From: Chloroflexota bacterium
GTDB taxonomy: Bacteria > Chloroflexota > Limnocylindria > QHBO01
Assembly: GCA_039932235.1 (NCBI GenBank)
Contig: JBDTQJ010000002.1
Coordinates: 1-41,408, forward strand
Direction of reading: 5' to 3'
DNA length: 41,408 nucleotides
Numbering within the stretch: position 1 is the stretch's first letter; each line of letters opens with the position of its first letter. Below are positions 1 to 8,722 of this stretch, one piece after another. The translations under genes and the position numbers were made by a program. The notes under the pieces were generated by a model. That model was given only the letters and a program-made list of their open reading frames with translations. It searched no databases and was not told the DNA's origin.

Positions 1-40
1 GGCGGACGATGGCGTCCAGCTCGTCGATACGGCTGCTCAT
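1..40 (-). CDS. 5' end of a CDS running off the left edge (first 13 codons only)
   Basis: Reverse-complement ATG at 40..38 opens MSSRIDELDAIVR with no stop before the window edge, 67 nt downstream of the preceding minus-strand gene. Too short to assign a function. Confidence 0.25.
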   Translation of the reverse strand, partial: MSSRIDELDAIVR

Positions 41-107
41 GGTGGTGGCACTCCTGCTTGGACGCCCGGTCGGCGAGCGTCATCGAGCCGAAGCGTAGCA
101 GCCGGCG

Positions 108-2243
108 TTACGGTGCGGGTCCCTCCCAGTGGGCGAGATCGTCGTTCTCCCCAAGCTCCTCCCAGGTGCCCATCTCCTCGCCGCCCGCAACAGCCGGCCG
201 CGGCCGCCGCCGACCCGCGCGGAGGTACAGCACGACGCCGAGGAGAGTCGTGCTCGCGATGGCAAGGAGTGGCCAGGGAATCCAGCGATAGTCGAGGAAG
301 CCCACCACCGTCACCGTCACCACCGATTCGCGTCCCAGGGCGTCGGTGGCGACGATCCGCACGTCCGCCGGCCAAGGACCCGCATCGCGCTGGGCCGTGA
401 ACCTACCCTGCGGGTCGACCGGCACGGCGTCGCCGTCGATCGCCACCGTCGCGTAGGCGGAAACGGTGCCCGCTATCGCCGCTTCGAACGAGAACGGCGT
501 TGCCGCGGAGGCCGCCGACAGCGTCGGTGCGGCCAAGAGAACGGACACCCGCCAACGGGTGAGCGTCCCGTTACCGCCTGGCGTGACTGCGACCACGAAG
601 ACATCGCTCTCCCGCGCCAACGTGCCCGCGCGATGGAGGTCGGCGTCGATGACGAGCCGCTCCTCGCCAACCATCCCCTCCTGCGCGGATCCGTCGACCG
701 CGACCATGACACGCGTCCCCGGCGGTGCGTCAATCGTTATCGGGAGGGTCCCACCGGCGGTGAGGACCACACCGTCCGCGGCCGCGACCGCGCCATGGCC
801 CGGCGCAACATGGATCGGGTCGCCGGCACCGTCAGCGACCGAGCGCAGGCGAGTCACCGTCACGGTGGAATCAGCCGCGCCAACGTCGGCCAGGAAGACG
901 CTGCCGCCGGCCGGCTGTCCGAAACCACTGCTGATGACGAGCCACGGCTCATCGCCCCCCGCGACCCCGATCACCGCGCCGCCGACGACGAGGTCACCTT
1001 CGGCGCGCTCGGGGCCGCTGGCCGGGGCCACGACCAGCCGCCCGGACAGGAATATCGCCGGTGTGCCGTCGGGGAGGCCATCCGGCACCGCCCCGGAGAG
1101 GGGCCAGACGAAGTCGGTGGATACGTCCAGCCTCGGCAGGTTGACGAAGTCGAGCCAATCGTCGAATGCGTGGCTCCAGGATGGCAGCCGGCCGATCTCG
1201 TGAAACGCGGCGTCGATGACGCTGACCTCGCCGGACGACGCGGCGGCATCGTGCGTCACGACCATGGGAGGGAGACGATCTCGTGGCGCCCCGAGCGGCG
1301 CGGCGGACCACGTGTTCGGGACCACGTCGCGGATGGTCGGCGGACCATCGTCGGGCCAGTCGACCGCTGCGATGCTCGACGACCCGGCAACGAGGAGCAT
1401 CCCTTCGCCGGCGGCGAGCGGATGGGGCAGGTCGCCGGTGTCGTCACCGATGCGCGGCAGCCGCGCGCGGTCGGCCACCGCCTCACCGGCCGCGTCGAGT
1501 CGAAGGCGCACCGTCTCCCCGCCGAACGTCGGACCGAACAGCATCTCCTCGCCCGGTCGCCCATCGATATCGCCTGTGGCGAGCTGGCCGGCATCGATGC
1601 GGAGCGCGGCGCCGAGCGGCTCCAGCGTCGTCCCGGCGAGGCGGAGCGTTTGCACCGAGATCGGGGTGACTGGCGTAGGTGGCAGGCTGACGACGAGCTC
1701 ATCGGTCCCATCGCCGTCAAGGTCGACGCGTCCCACATTCGTCATCAGCCGCGGCATGCCCGCGAGCCGGTCGAGGATGAGATCCGCCCCGTCGTCGAGG
1801 CCCACCAACCAGGCATCGGTACAGCACACACCCGCGAAGGTGGAGCCGGAGCCGGCGGTGAAGAGGAGCACCGCGGGTGCGCCACCGCGACGGATCGGCA
1901 GCAGGGCCACCGCCGCGTCCGCCGCGATCCCGCCGCTGACCCGGACGAGTCGCCCAAGTCCACTGCTGTAGCGCAGCAGCGGAGCGCTGGCCCGCAGCCG
2001 CCAGGCGCCGCCATCGAGGTCCCAGACCTCGACCGCGGTCCGCCCCCCATCCTGACCGACGCGCACGATCTCCCGCACCCCGTCCGCGTCGATGTCGGCC
2101 ACCGTCGACGCGACCGTCGCACCGGGCAGGGTGATGGCGGCCGGCGGGCTCGCCGCCGCGACCCGCCCGACGGGCAGCCCGAGCACCATGATCGCCAGCG
2201 CGCCGAGGGCGCCGGCGAGGACCCGGCCGGGGGCCGCCACCAT
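108..2243 (-). CDS. Secreted, C-terminally membrane-anchored FG-GAP/VCBS (integrin-alpha-like) repeat protein
   Basis: 711-aa ORF with an N-terminal signal-like hydrophobic segment (LAGALGALAIMVLGLPVGRVAAA). It carries repeated DxDxDG-type motifs (DIDADGVREIV, VDLDGDGTDELVV, GDIDGRPGEEMLF), a C-terminal TM helix (WPLLAIASTTLLGVVLYL) and a charged tail. Confidence 0.7.
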   Translation of the reverse strand: MVAAPGRVLAGALGALAIMVLGLPVGRVAAASPPAAITLPGATVASTVADIDADGVREIVRVGQDGGRTAVEVWDLDGGAWRLRASAPLLRYSSGLGRLVRVSGGIAADAAVALLPIRRGGAPAVLLFTAGSGSTFAGVCCTDAWLVGLDDGADLILDRLAGMPRLMTNVGRVDLDGDGTDELVVSLPPTPVTPISVQTLRLAGTTLEPLGAALRIDAGQLATGDIDGRPGEEMLFGPTFGGETVRLRLDAAGEAVADRARLPRIGDDTGDLPHPLAAGEGMLLVAGSSSIAAVDWPDDGPPTIRDVVPNTWSAAPLGAPRDRLPPMVVTHDAAASSGEVSVIDAAFHEIGRLPSWSHAFDDWLDFVNLPRLDVSTDFVWPLSGAVPDGLPDGTPAIFLSGRLVVAPASGPERAEGDLVVGGAVIGVAGGDEPWLVISSGFGQPAGGSVFLADVGAADSTVTVTRLRSVADGAGDPIHVAPGHGAVAAADGVVLTAGGTLPITIDAPPGTRVMVAVDGSAQEGMVGEERLVIDADLHRAGTLARESDVFVVAVTPGGNGTLTRWRVSVLLAAPTLSAASAATPFSFEAAIAGTVSAYATVAIDGDAVPVDPQGRFTAQRDAGPWPADVRIVATDALGRESVVTVTVVGFLDYRWIPWPLLAIASTTLLGVVLYLRAGRRRPRPAVAGGEEMGTWEELGENDDLAHWEGPAP

Positions 2244-2249
2244 GTGCCC

Positions 2250-3401
2250 CTACATCGCCCGCACGCCGAGCAGGTTGCGCGCGATGACCATCCGCTGGAT
2301 CTGGCTCGTCCCCTCGCCGATCTCGGTCAGCTTCGCGTCACGCAGGAAGCGCTCGACGTGGTACTCGGTGATGTAGCCGTAGCCGCCGTGCACCTGGACG
2401 GCATCATTGGTGACGTCGCGTGCCACCTCGGAGGCGAACAGCTTGGCCATCGCCGCCTCGGTCGTGTACGACTTGCCACCATCCTTGAGCCACGCCGCCC
2501 GATAGGTCATCAGGCGCGCCGCGTCGATCTTCATCGCCATGTCGGCGATCATGAATGCGACCCCCTGGAAGGTCGCGATCTGGCGGCCGAACTGTTTGCG
2601 CTCCAGCGAATAGGCGGCAGCCGCCTCGTACGCCGCCTGGGCAAGCCCCAGCGCCATCGCCGCGATACCGATCCGTCCGCCGTCGAGGGTCTTGAGGAAC
2701 AGCTTGTCACCCTCCCCTTCGGCGCCCAGCAGGTTGTCGAGCGGGATGCGGCAGTCCTCGAAGATGAGCTCGCCGGTATTGCTGGCATGGAGCCCCATCT
2801 TCTCCTCCATGCGACCGATGGAGAAGCCGGGCGTATCGGCCTCCACGATGAAGGCGCTGATCTTGCCGCTCTGTTCCTCGCGGTCGGTCACTGCCGTGAC
2901 GATGTAGGTGCCCGCCACCCCCGCGTTGGTGATGAAGCGCTTGCCTCCGTTGAGGACCCATCCGTCACCGTCGCGGTGGGCACGCGTGCGCGTGCCACGG
3001 GAGTCGCTCCCCGCGCCGGGCTCGGTGAGGCCGTATGCACCGATCACTTCCCCGGACGCCATCGGGCGCAGGTACTTCTCCTTCTGCGCGTCCGTGCCGG
3101 AGAGCCAGACCGGGTTGCAGCCGAGCGAGGTGTGGGCGCTGACGATGATGCCCACGGATCCGCTGGCGCGGCTCAGCTCCTCGACGGTGATCGCGTAGGC
3201 CAGCGAATCGAGTCCCGTGCCCCCGATCGACTCGGGGTATGGGACGCCCAGCAGCCCAAGGCCCGCCGCCTCGCGGATGATCTCCATCGGGAACTCGCCA
3301 CTGCGCTCGAGGTCGTCGGCGACCGGCTTGATGCGGCGCTCGGCAAAATCGCGCACGGTGCGCCGGATTTCCTCGTGCTGGGGCGAGAGGGCAAAGTCCA
3401 T
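2250..3401 (-). CDS. Acyl-CoA dehydrogenase (short/medium-chain type)
   Basis: The ORF 2250..3722 was trimmed to the internal ATG at 3401 (MDFALSPQHEEIRR...). The ~383-aa length and motifs are typical of ACADs (GLTEPGAGSD, GGKRFITNA, QVHGGYGY, EIGEGTSQIQR). Confidence 0.95.
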   Translation of the reverse strand: MDFALSPQHEEIRRTVRDFAERRIKPVADDLERSGEFPMEIIREAAGLGLLGVPYPESIGGTGLDSLAYAITVEELSRASGSVGIIVSAHTSLGCNPVWLSGTDAQKEKYLRPMASGEVIGAYGLTEPGAGSDSRGTRTRAHRDGDGWVLNGGKRFITNAGVAGTYIVTAVTDREEQSGKISAFIVEADTPGFSIGRMEEKMGLHASNTGELIFEDCRIPLDNLLGAEGEGDKLFLKTLDGGRIGIAAMALGLAQAAYEAAAAYSLERKQFGRQIATFQGVAFMIADMAMKIDAARLMTYRAAWLKDGGKSYTTEAAMAKLFASEVARDVTNDAVQVHGGYGYITEYHVERFLRDAKLTEIGEGTSQIQRMVIARNLLGVRAM

Positions 3402-3469
3402 GGGTCGGTGCGGTGCCTCGATTGCGGATTCAGTGGGGCTGTATCCCAAAGAATAGTCGAGGCGGGCGA

Positions 3470-3604
3470 TCAACCCTGGCTGCGGCGCCAGCGCTCGATG
3501 TCGCGACGGGTCCGCTGCTCGGCCACCCGCAGGCGTGCGGACCGATGCCGGCGCGCGGGCGCCTGGCGGGGTCGGGAGCGCTTGGCGTGGTTGGGCTTTG
3601 CCAT
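3470..3604 (-). CDS. Hypothetical 44-aa arginine-rich small protein
   Basis: The ATG at 3604 opens MAKPNHAKRSRPRQAPARRHRSARLRVAEQRTRRDIERWRRSQG. About 88% of third codon positions are G/C, as in the real genes here. No clear Shine-Dalgarno sequence and no recognised family. Confidence 0.3.
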   Translation of the reverse strand: MAKPNHAKRSRPRQAPARRHRSARLRVAEQRTRRDIERWRRSQG

Positions 3605-3665
3605 CGGTACGCGTACGACGCCCGATTCGCCCCGTTGGTTGCACCGAAATCGCGCGCGTTTCGCG

Positions 3666-3694
3666 TTGACAGCCCGCTGAACCCGACGGATACT
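3666..3694 (+). promoter_or_regulatory. SigA/sigma-70-type promoter for the polyamine ABC operon
   Basis: TTGACA (3666..3671), a 17-nt spacer, then GATACT (3689..3694), about 70 nt upstream of the GTG start at 3765. A GAGGA Shine-Dalgarno lies about 9 nt before that start. Confidence 0.5.
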
Positions 3695-3764
3695 CCGCGC
3701 ACCTCCGCGAACCCTGTCGCAACGCGACAAGGTTGATCCGCGGGCCCGATGAGGATCTCGCCAG

Positions 3765-4916
3765 GTGCCGCAGCCGGACGTTCGGCTCGAACGGGTCACC
3801 AAGCGCTTCGGTGACGTGATCGCCGTCGACGATCTGACGCTCGATATCGAGCGCGGCGAGTTCTTCTCTCTCCTCGGTCCGTCAGGCTGCGGCAAGACCA
3901 CCACGCTGCGCATGATCGGCGGCTTCGAGGAGGTCACCTCGGGCACCATCCGCCTCGGCGACGAGGAGGTGACGGAGCTGCCGCCGTTCAAGCGCGACAC
4001 GAACACCGTCTTCCAGAACTACGCGCTGTTCCCCCACCTCAACGTCTACGAGAACGTCGCATTCGGCCTGCGCCGGCGCAAGATCCCCGCCGCGGAGATC
4101 CGCCACCAGGTCGAGTTCATGCTCAAGCTGGTCGAGCTGCCGGGGTACGAGTCCCGCAAGCCCCACCAGCTGTCGGGCGGACAGCAGCAGCGCATCGCCC
4201 TGGCGCGCGCGCTCATCAACCATCCCAAGGTGCTGCTCCTCGACGAGCCACTCGGCGCCCTCGACCTCAAGCTGCGCAAGCAGATGCAGGTCGAGCTGAA
4301 GCGCATCCAGGGCGAGATCGGAATCACCTTCATCTTCGTCACCCACGACCAGGAAGAGGCGATGACGATGTCGGACCGCATCGCGGTCATGCGCAACGGC
4401 CGCATCGAGCAGCTCGGGCCGCCGGAGGAGCTGTACGAGCGCCCGGCGACCGATTTCGTCGCCGGCTTCCTGGGCGTCAGCAACCTGCTCGACGGCGAGG
4501 TCGCCGAAACGGGCGACCCGCTCTCGGTCGTTCGACTCGGCGACGGAACGGTCCTGCGCGTCCCATCGGCATCGGTCAACGGCGGGGCGAAGGTGCGCAT
4601 CGGCGTGCGCCCGGAGAAGCTCCGCGTCGAGGCCGTCGCAGAGGGGAGCCAGGCTACGAGCAACGGATTCAACGCCCTCGACGGCACGGTGCTCGACGCC
4701 AGCTACATCGGTGTCAGCACCCAGTACCTCGTCGAGACACCCACCGGGCAGCGCCTCACCGTCTACGCCCAGAACATCGAAACCGGCGGCGCCTCGGAAG
4801 CGCACGCCGACGGACAGCGGGTGCGCCTCACCTGGCGCCCCGAGCACACCTTCGTCATCGGTGCCGCCCCGGTGGCATCAACAGACCAGGCTGGAGGAGA
4901 GACCACGGATGACTGA
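3765..4916 (+). CDS. potA: Spermidine/putrescine-type ABC importer ATP-binding protein
   Basis: Walker A GPSGCGKTT, signature LSGGQQQRIALARAL and Walker B LLLDEPLGALD are present. A C-terminal TOBE-like regulatory half is typical of PotA/MalK-class importers. Confidence 0.9.
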   Translation: MPQPDVRLERVTKRFGDVIAVDDLTLDIERGEFFSLLGPSGCGKTTTLRMIGGFEEVTSGTIRLGDEEVTELPPFKRDTNTVFQNYALFPHLNVYENVAFGLRRRKIPAAEIRHQVEFMLKLVELPGYESRKPHQLSGGQQQRIALARALINHPKVLLLDEPLGALDLKLRKQMQVELKRIQGEIGITFIFVTHDQEEAMTMSDRIAVMRNGRIEQLGPPEELYERPATDFVAGFLGVSNLLDGEVAETGDPLSVVRLGDGTVLRVPSASVNGGAKVRIGVRPEKLRVEAVAEGSQATSNGFNALDGTVLDASYIGVSTQYLVETPTGQRLTVYAQNIETGGASEAHADGQRVRLTWRPEHTFVIGAAPVASTDQAGGETTDD

Positions 4917-6201
4917 CCAGCGGAACGACCAGACGCAGGTCGAGCGCGCCATCGCGCGGGCGCTCGCCCAGGGACGGATCAGCCGTCGCCGATTCCTGCG
5001 CCAGGCAGGCAAGGGGGGCCTGATCACCGCATCGGCGCTGTCCCTGCCGGCGATCCTCGCCGCGTGCGGCATCACTCCCGGTGGCAGCGGCTCGCAGCGT
5101 GCGTCGGCAGTGCCGGCCTCCCTGCCCGCGGAGCCGGCGGGCACCCTCATCTGGGCGAACTGGCCGGCCTACATCGACATCGACGAGGAATCCGGGGAGT
5201 ACCCGACGATTCAGAAGTTCCAGGACGAGACCGGCATCGAGGTCAGCTACAGCGAGGACGTCAACGACAACGAGGAGTTCTTCGGGCGTATCCAGCCCGA
5301 CCTCGCCGCCGGCAACTCGACCGGCTATGACCTCATCGTCCTCACCGACTGGATGATCGAACGCATGATCCGCCTCGACTACCTCGAGCCGCTCGACAAG
5401 AGCAAGATTCCGAACTTCGACGCCAGCGCGCAGGACCTGTACAAGAACCCGTGGTACGACGACGGCAACGTGTACAGCATGGTCTGGCAGTCGGGCATCA
5501 CGGGCATCGGCTACGACCCGAACCTGACCGGCCGCGAGATCACCACGTTCGACGACCTGCTTGATCCGGCCTTCGCCGGCCACGTGGGCCTGTTCAGCGA
5601 GATGCGCGACACCATGAGCCTGGCGCTTCTCAGCAACGGCGTCGCCCCCGCCGAGGCCACCATCGAGCAGGTGACCGCCGCCAAGGACAAGCTGCTGGAA
5701 GCGGCCCAGCGTGGCCAGTTCCGCAACTTCTACGGCAACAACTACTACGACGAGCTGGCCAACGGGAACCTGTGGGCCACCGTCGCCTGGTCCGGCGACG
5801 TCAGCCAGATGAAGCTCTACGACAACGACGCGGTCGAGTTCGTGGTGCCCGAGTCCGGCGGCATGCTGTGGACCGACAACATGTGCATCCCCAAGAAGGC
5901 GGATCACCCGCTCGACGCGCACCTGATGATGAACTTCTGGTACGACATCGCCAACGCGGTGCCGCTCACCGAGTACGTCGGCTACTTCAGCCCCGTCAAG
6001 GGCGTCGCCGAGCAGGTCGCGGCGGACGCAGAGACCGCACGCGACGAGGGCGACACCGAATGGGCCGATGCGCTGGACGTCATCTCGGCCACCGCCTTCC
6101 CGGACGACGCGACGCTGCAGAACGTCTACCCGTACAAGCAGCTGACCGAGGAAGAGGAGACCCAGTGGAACGACCTGTTCAACGAGGTCGTGGCCGGCTG
6201 A
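4909..6201 (+). CDS. potD: Polyamine-type ABC substrate-binding lipoprotein with Tat signal
   Basis: The ATG at 4909 overlaps the potA stop. The N-terminus has the twin-arginine motif SRRRFLRQAG and the lipobox LAACG. The mature part is PotD/PotF-like (YDLIVLTDWM, WQSGITGIGYD, WTDNMCIPK). Confidence 0.85.
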   Translation: MTDQRNDQTQVERAIARALAQGRISRRRFLRQAGKGGLITASALSLPAILAACGITPGGSGSQRASAVPASLPAEPAGTLIWANWPAYIDIDEESGEYPTIQKFQDETGIEVSYSEDVNDNEEFFGRIQPDLAAGNSTGYDLIVLTDWMIERMIRLDYLEPLDKSKIPNFDASAQDLYKNPWYDDGNVYSMVWQSGITGIGYDPNLTGREITTFDDLLDPAFAGHVGLFSEMRDTMSLALLSNGVAPAEATIEQVTAAKDKLLEAAQRGQFRNFYGNNYYDELANGNLWATVAWSGDVSQMKLYDNDAVEFVVPESGGMLWTDNMCIPKKADHPLDAHLMMNFWYDIANAVPLTEYVGYFSPVKGVAEQVAADAETARDEGDTEWADALDVISATAFPDDATLQNVYPYKQLTEEEETQWNDLFNEVVAG

Positions 6202-6231
6202 GGAGCCCGTTGATCACGCCGCGATAGACCG

Positions 6232-7089
6232 ATGCTCGCGCGTCGCCTTCGCCGGCTCACGCCGTACCTCTTCCTGCTGCCGGGCGGCCTGTGGCTGCTC
6301 GTCTTCTTCCTGGTCCCGATGCTGGTCATGGCATCGGTCAGCCTGCAGACCGGGTCGCTCGGCAGCGGATTCGTCCAGACCTTCAACTTCGGCATCTATC
6401 CGGAGGCGATCGGCAACTGGTCGACCCAGTTCGTCCGCTCCATCGAGTACGCGCTGATCGTCACCGTCCTGACGATGGCGATCGGCTATCCGCTGGCCTA
6501 CACCATCGCCTTCCGCGGGGGGCGCTTCAAGAGCATCCTGCTATTGCTGGTGATCCTGCCGTTCTTCACCAGCTTCATCATCCGCACCCTGAGCTGGAAG
6601 CTCATCCTGGCCGACAACGGCTTCGTGCTGGGCACCCTCAAGGACCTGGGGATCCTGGGCGACGGATTCCGGCTCATCGCCACCCCGGTGGCAGTGATCA
6701 GCGGCATCACCTACAACTTCCTGCCGTTCGTGGTGCTGCCGCTGTACGTCGCGCTCGAGAAGATCGACGTCCGCCTGGTGGAGGCGGCGACCGACCTGTA
6801 CGCCAGCCGCTTCCAGGCGTTCCTGCGCGTCACCCTGCCGCTCTCCATGCCGGGCGTCTTCGCGGGAACCCTGCTGACCTTCATCCCGGCCGTGGGTGAC
6901 TTCATCAACGCCGAGATCCTCGGCAGCCGCGACACGACCATGATCGGCAACGTCATCCAACGCCTCTTCCTGAACAACAACAACTACCCGGAGGCGGCGG
7001 CCCTGAGCTTCGTCCTGATGGCCGCCATCCTGGTGCTGATCGGCATCTACGCCAAGGTCGTCGGCGCCGGCGAATTGACCCGCGGATGA
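6232..7089 (+). CDS. potB: Polyamine-type ABC permease
   Basis: About six TM segments and an EAA loop, EAATDLYASRFQAFLRVTLPLSMPG, closely resembling the PotB EAA motif. Confidence 0.85.
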   Translation: MLARRLRRLTPYLFLLPGGLWLLVFFLVPMLVMASVSLQTGSLGSGFVQTFNFGIYPEAIGNWSTQFVRSIEYALIVTVLTMAIGYPLAYTIAFRGGRFKSILLLLVILPFFTSFIIRTLSWKLILADNGFVLGTLKDLGILGDGFRLIATPVAVISGITYNFLPFVVLPLYVALEKIDVRLVEAATDLYASRFQAFLRVTLPLSMPGVFAGTLLTFIPAVGDFINAEILGSRDTTMIGNVIQRLFLNNNNYPEAAALSFVLMAAILVLIGIYAKVVGAGELTRG

Positions 7090-7952
7090 GCGCCGCCGTC
7101 GCCACCGCGCGGGTACCCGGGGACGCGCCCATCCCCCGCCGCTCGCTGCGCCATCGGCTGGCCACTGCCATCCTGCCGGTCTACACCGCGCTGGCGGTCG
7201 TCTACCTCTTCCTGCCGATCGCGGTCATGATCGCCTTCAGCTTCAACGACCCGGGCGGCCGCCAGAACATCACCTGGCAGGGCTTCACGTTCCGCAACTA
7301 CCTCGATGTGTGGGGCCGGCCGGACATCACCGGTCCGATGATCACCAGCCTGACGGTCGCGATCGTCTCGACGCTGGTGGCCACCACCCTCGGGACGCTC
7401 ATCGGGCTGGCCCTCACCCGCTACGAGTTCCGCGGCCGCGACGGCTTCAATTTGCTCATCTTCCTGCCCATGGCCACGCCGGAGATCATCCTCGGCGCCA
7501 GCCTGCTGTCCATGTTCGTGTCGATCGGCATCCAGCGCGACATCACGACCATCACCATCGCCCACGTCATGTTCAACATCAGCTACGTGGTGGTGACCGT
7601 GCGGGCGCGGCTGGCCGGCTTCAATCGCACCTTCGAGGAGGCGGCCATGGACCTCGGCGCCGACGAGTGGGCCACCTTCCGCAAGGTGACCTTCCCGCTC
7701 ATCTTCCCGGGCATCCTGGCCGCCGCCCTGCTCGCCTTCGCGCTGTCGATCGACGACTACGTGATCACCTCGTTCGTCTCCGGCCGCACCAGCACCTTCC
7801 CGCTGTGGGTCTTCGGCGTCAGCCGCATCGGTGTGCCGCCGGAGGTCAACGTGCTGGGCACGCTGATCTTCCTCGTCGCCTTCCTGTTCATCGCGCTTCA
7901 GATCTGGACGCAGCGCCGCCAGGCGCGGGCCGATGCGCTGGTGAATCCGTGA
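7086..7952 (+). CDS. potC: Polyamine-type ABC permease
   Basis: 4-nt overlap with potB, and a PotC-like EAA loop, EAAMDLGADEWATFRKVTFPLIFPG. Confidence 0.85.
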   Translation: MSAAVATARVPGDAPIPRRSLRHRLATAILPVYTALAVVYLFLPIAVMIAFSFNDPGGRQNITWQGFTFRNYLDVWGRPDITGPMITSLTVAIVSTLVATTLGTLIGLALTRYEFRGRDGFNLLIFLPMATPEIILGASLLSMFVSIGIQRDITTITIAHVMFNISYVVVTVRARLAGFNRTFEEAAMDLGADEWATFRKVTFPLIFPGILAAALLAFALSIDDYVITSFVSGRTSTFPLWVFGVSRIGVPPEVNVLGTLIFLVAFLFIALQIWTQRRQARADALVNP

Positions 7953-8722
7953 TCGGCCTGCGCATCGGCGAGGCGGCCAGCGCCGTCGGCGTCTCGCCAT
8001 CCGCGCTGCGCCACTGGGAGCGACAGGGCCTGGTGCGTCCCCAGCGCACGCGTGCCGGCTACCGCCTCTACACGGAGGCCGATCTCGGCCGACTGCGCGA
8101 CGTGCGACGCATGCGCCAGGTGGAGCGGGTCAACGCGCCGGGCATCCGGCGCATCCTCTCCGCGGACCGGCGCCGAGCGGCGACCCGCGAGCACCTGGAC
8201 GGCGCGCGTCTGCGCGCGCTGCGAGAGCAGGCCGGGCTCAGCCTGCGGGCAGGCGCCGCGCGAACGGGCGTCTCGCCGAGCCACCTGTCGGCGATCGAGC
8301 GCGGCACCGCCAACCCGAGCGTGGCCGCCCTGCGGCGCATCACGCATGCCTACGACACGACTCTCGCGGCCCTCTTCAGCGACGGCGCTCCCCAGCGGAT
8401 CGTGCGACGCGAAGCACGTACCGCCATGACCCTCGGCGACGGGGTGCGCATCGAGCGCCTCGCCGTCGGCGCGTCGCAACTGGAGCCGCAGCTCTTCGTC
8501 CTCGCCCCGGGTGCCTCCAGCGACGGCGACTACAGCCACGATGGCGAGGAGTTCCTCTTCGTCCTGGACGGTGCGGTCACGGTCTGGATCGGTCCCGACG
8601 AGTGCCACGACCTTGCGTCCGGCGACGCCCTCCACTTTCCATCCACCCTGCCGCATCGCTGGCGGAACGCCGCCAGTGGGGAGACGCGCCTGCTATGGAT
8701 CAACACGCCACCGACCTTCTGA
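7949..8722 (+). CDS. Transcriptional regulator with MerR-type HTH, XRE-type HTH and C-terminal cupin domain
   Basis: The GTG at 7949 overlaps the potC stop (GTGA) and is in frame with the tail of ORF 7310..8722. The MerR signature is IGEAASAVGVSPSALRHWERQGLV..GYRLYTEADL. The XRE signature is LREQAGLSLRAGAARTGVSPSHLSAIERG. The cupin part reads HDGEEFLFVLDGAV...GDALHFPSTLPHRWRN. Confidence 0.8.
   Translation: MIGLRIGEAASAVGVSPSALRHWERQGLVRPQRTRAGYRLYTEADLGRLRDVRRMRQVERVNAPGIRRILSADRRRAATREHLDGARLRALREQAGLSLRAGAARTGVSPSHLSAIERGTANPSVAALRRITHAYDTTLAALFSDGAPQRIVRREARTAMTLGDGVRIERLAVGASQLEPQLFVLAPGASSDGDYSHDGEEFLFVLDGAVTVWIGPDECHDLASGDALHFPSTLPHRWRNAASGETRLLWINTPPTF

Noticed and set aside
129-3680. 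Very long 1183-aa plus-strand ORF spanning the first 3.5 kb
   Set aside because: It lies antisense to two minus-strand genes with clear family signatures (FG-GAP protein, acyl-CoA dehydrogenase). Its translation is Arg/Gly/Asp/His-rich low-complexity sequence with no motifs. This is a typical stop-poor shadow frame in ~70% GC DNA.
7310-7948. N-terminal 213 aa of the 470-aa ORF 7310..8722
   Set aside because: It is an alternative frame of potC with a Pro/Arg/His-rich translation. The regulator homology starts at the GTG at 7949, which overlaps the potC stop.
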